A stretch of 64,000 bases of DNA from Octopus sinensis (lineage: Eukaryota). The DNA is taken from the NCBI RefSeq assembly GCF_006345805.1, contig NC_042998.1, positions 197,842,001 through 197,906,000 on the forward strand. The letters are read 5' to 3'. The notes below the pieces were generated by a model. The model made no database searches, was not told the origin of the DNA, and saw nothing but the letters and a program-made list of their open reading frames with translations. Of the stretch, positions 61,824-64,000 are shown in pieces. How positions within the stretch are numbered: the stretch's first letter is position 1; every line of letters starts with the position of its first letter. The translations under genes and the position numbers were made by a program.

Positions 61824-62610
61824 TGTGTGTGTGTGTGTAATTATAAAATATGTATGGGGATAAGATTTTGAAATTATTTAATACTTTCTAATATGTTCCA
61901 TTCATGAAAATGTCCATTAATCAAAGAATTCCTTCACCATCAGATTTCATCATCAAATCAGAGGTTGTATGATACACAGAAAACAAATGACTTTATGCTT
62001 TTCATGTACCACCAAAAGGTTAATGGTTTCTACAGAACCCAACTTCTTGTGTGAAAGGAATCAAAGACATACCTAAATATACCAAATCTTGCAGTTACAT
62101 TTGTGATATTACAAAACCACAGACTAAACATGGATGAATATAGAAAGTATATTTATTGCGGAATGCAAACCACGGTTCAACAATTTTGATCAATATATCA
62201 AAAAGAAGCATTCTAAATAACTGTATGATTCTAAATAAGTATTATTAATAATGAAATGTCTGAAGTAATCATTCAAAATAATTTCTTTTACCTTTGGCTA
62301 AAGATACGTCGCCGTTATCAATATTAAAAGAAAACGGATGTAATACAACTATACAAAAATGATATAGTTACAACAATAAATCAGACAGACGCTATTCAAA
62401 ATTTGAAAAACTCACGTGTCAAAATTATTTATCAATGGCTAATGTAAGGCGCCAAAGTAATTTTTGTTTTTAATATTTTTTTCATGCTACTACATAAAGT
62501 GAATTATCAGCAAAGCATCACTTTTGAAAACCATAAAATTTTGAAACCGTTGAAGTTAATGCAAATACATCTTTTAAAAAGCTTCCAGTGTATTTTCAAT
62601 ATAATTTTGG

Positions 62611-62647
<37 letters not shown>

Positions 62648-62765
62648 CAAATTACGATGAACGTAAACAAACACGAAGTTTGCTTTAGAAGCGTTGAGAT
62701 GTCTTAGAAAGTTAAAGAAGTAAGTGATCTTAAATTCTCAAACGCAGGATAATGCTAATAATACA

Positions 62766-62867
62766 GCCTGAACACGATAAGCTACCCCTATTTTGCAGAA
62801 TAAAGTGTGGGCGGCCCGCCAACACTTTTTTCTGCAAAATAGGGGTAGCTTATCCTCAGGTTCAGGC
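62766..62867. repeat. Palindrome/hairpin
   Basis: GATAAGCTACCCCTATTTTGCAGAA paired with TTCTGCAAAATAGGGGTAGCTTATC; outer GCCTGAAC/GTTCAGGC. Confidence 0.85.
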
Positions 62868-62891
62868 CACACACACACACACATGCACACA

Positions 62892-62920
62892 CTAGAAATG
62901 CATCCCGGTGTTGCCCAGGT
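62892..62920 (-). mobile_element. Helitron-type 3' terminus of another family; body probably continues rightwards
   Basis: Minus CCTGGGCAACACCGGGATGCATTTCTAG|T (hairpin plus CTAG). Confidence 0.5.
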
Positions 62921-64000
62921 GTTTTGACCTACAGCCATATTATGTTATTTGTTCCTTTCTTATGGGCAGAACCAGCACAGCTGATATATAGCGAACTGTA
63001 TTACTGGCGTAATGGAAGTTATTGTTTGTTTAAAAGTGAAAGGGCAGGGTACAATTTGCATGGGTTTGCATGAAAGGGCTTTCTGTATTGCTTCATCGTA
63101 TAAAAGGGGATTAATACGATTTTGCCCAGAAACCACGTTTTCAACATTTTAGTTTTCCTCTATCTCAACTTCAATTTCTTAATTTGTAACTTTTTTACAA
63201 ATATTTTTTTATCAACGTAGACAAATACAGAGATTACGAATCTGGGAAATATATATATTTTTTTAAAGTTTAATTGTTCTTAACGAAATACTCGAAACCC
63301 TTCCTCCACCTCACCCACCCATCACCTAACAGCTTTCAAAAATCTAAAAACACCCTATGTTTCCCTTTCGTCTGATGTTTCACACAGGCGTAGAATTGTA
63401 AATATTACAGCACCACTAGAAAACCCGATATGCTAGAAACAACAGGTAAACGACATTACTTCTGAAGAAACTTTCCCGCTTTCCAAAAGCCTAAAAGTGA
63501 AGCATAGGGAGAGATTGTAGCTTTTTGAAAGTGGTGAGGTGATGGATGGATGTTTGGGAAGGAGATTTTAGTGTTTCTTTGAGAAAAAAAGAAAGAACAT
63601 TCTTAAAGAATCGAAAAGTCTGTTTTTCGCCGTGGATTACCACGAAAACATTTCGAATAAAGTGAAAAATGAAGAAATTGGGATGGGAAAGGAGAAAAAT
63701 AAAATATTGTGAACGAATTTTTTAGGTCGAAATCTTAATCTCCTGTATTGAAAACATAGAAATCGGAAGAAGTTTAGGAAAAAAAATCAGGGTAGTGTAG
63801 GGGAGCAAATGTCACCTTGGACATGCTAGAATCAGCAGGTAAAGGACAGGATTTCTGAGAAAACTTCCTTTTAAATTTATATCGAAGATCAGGTTTTTAA
63901 ATACACTCATCACAAACACGAATTACAGAATAGAAAAAGGTAATTTCAATTGGATTTGAGCTGTAATTTTGCGCGTGCACATAGCAAGAAATAACATAAT

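Overview
AT-rich, microsatellite-laden eukaryotic DNA with no confidently callable host protein-coding gene. The tRNA-derived SINE families suggest an octopus genome (inference from repeat sequence only). Most of the window is transposon-derived: four SINE families (labelled A, B, C, E here) in about 25 copies, about 10 non-autonomous Helitrons, a near full-length frameshifted CR1-type LINE, RTE, RLE-type and CR1 relics, hAT, Tc1 and mariner transposase fossils, and MITEs. A possible promoter/first exon lies at about 32.6-32.75 kb on the minus strand. The main hidden signal is non-coding: three structurally complete type I hammerhead ribozyme motifs (10641-10739 minus, 35304-35388 plus, 61141-61226 plus). 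Each has CUGAUGA, GAAA, a GUC cleavage triplet and a minimal palindromic stem III. The first two lie in small protein-free elements bounded by (TA)n, which show either a fold-back end or a 427-nt unit with terminal redundancy. Several decayed hammerhead-like modules and long DNA hairpins of similar architecture are scattered through the window. Together they suggest a multi-family, ribozyme-bearing non-autonomous retroelement system (Penelope-like/retrozyme type). Activity and novelty are untested.
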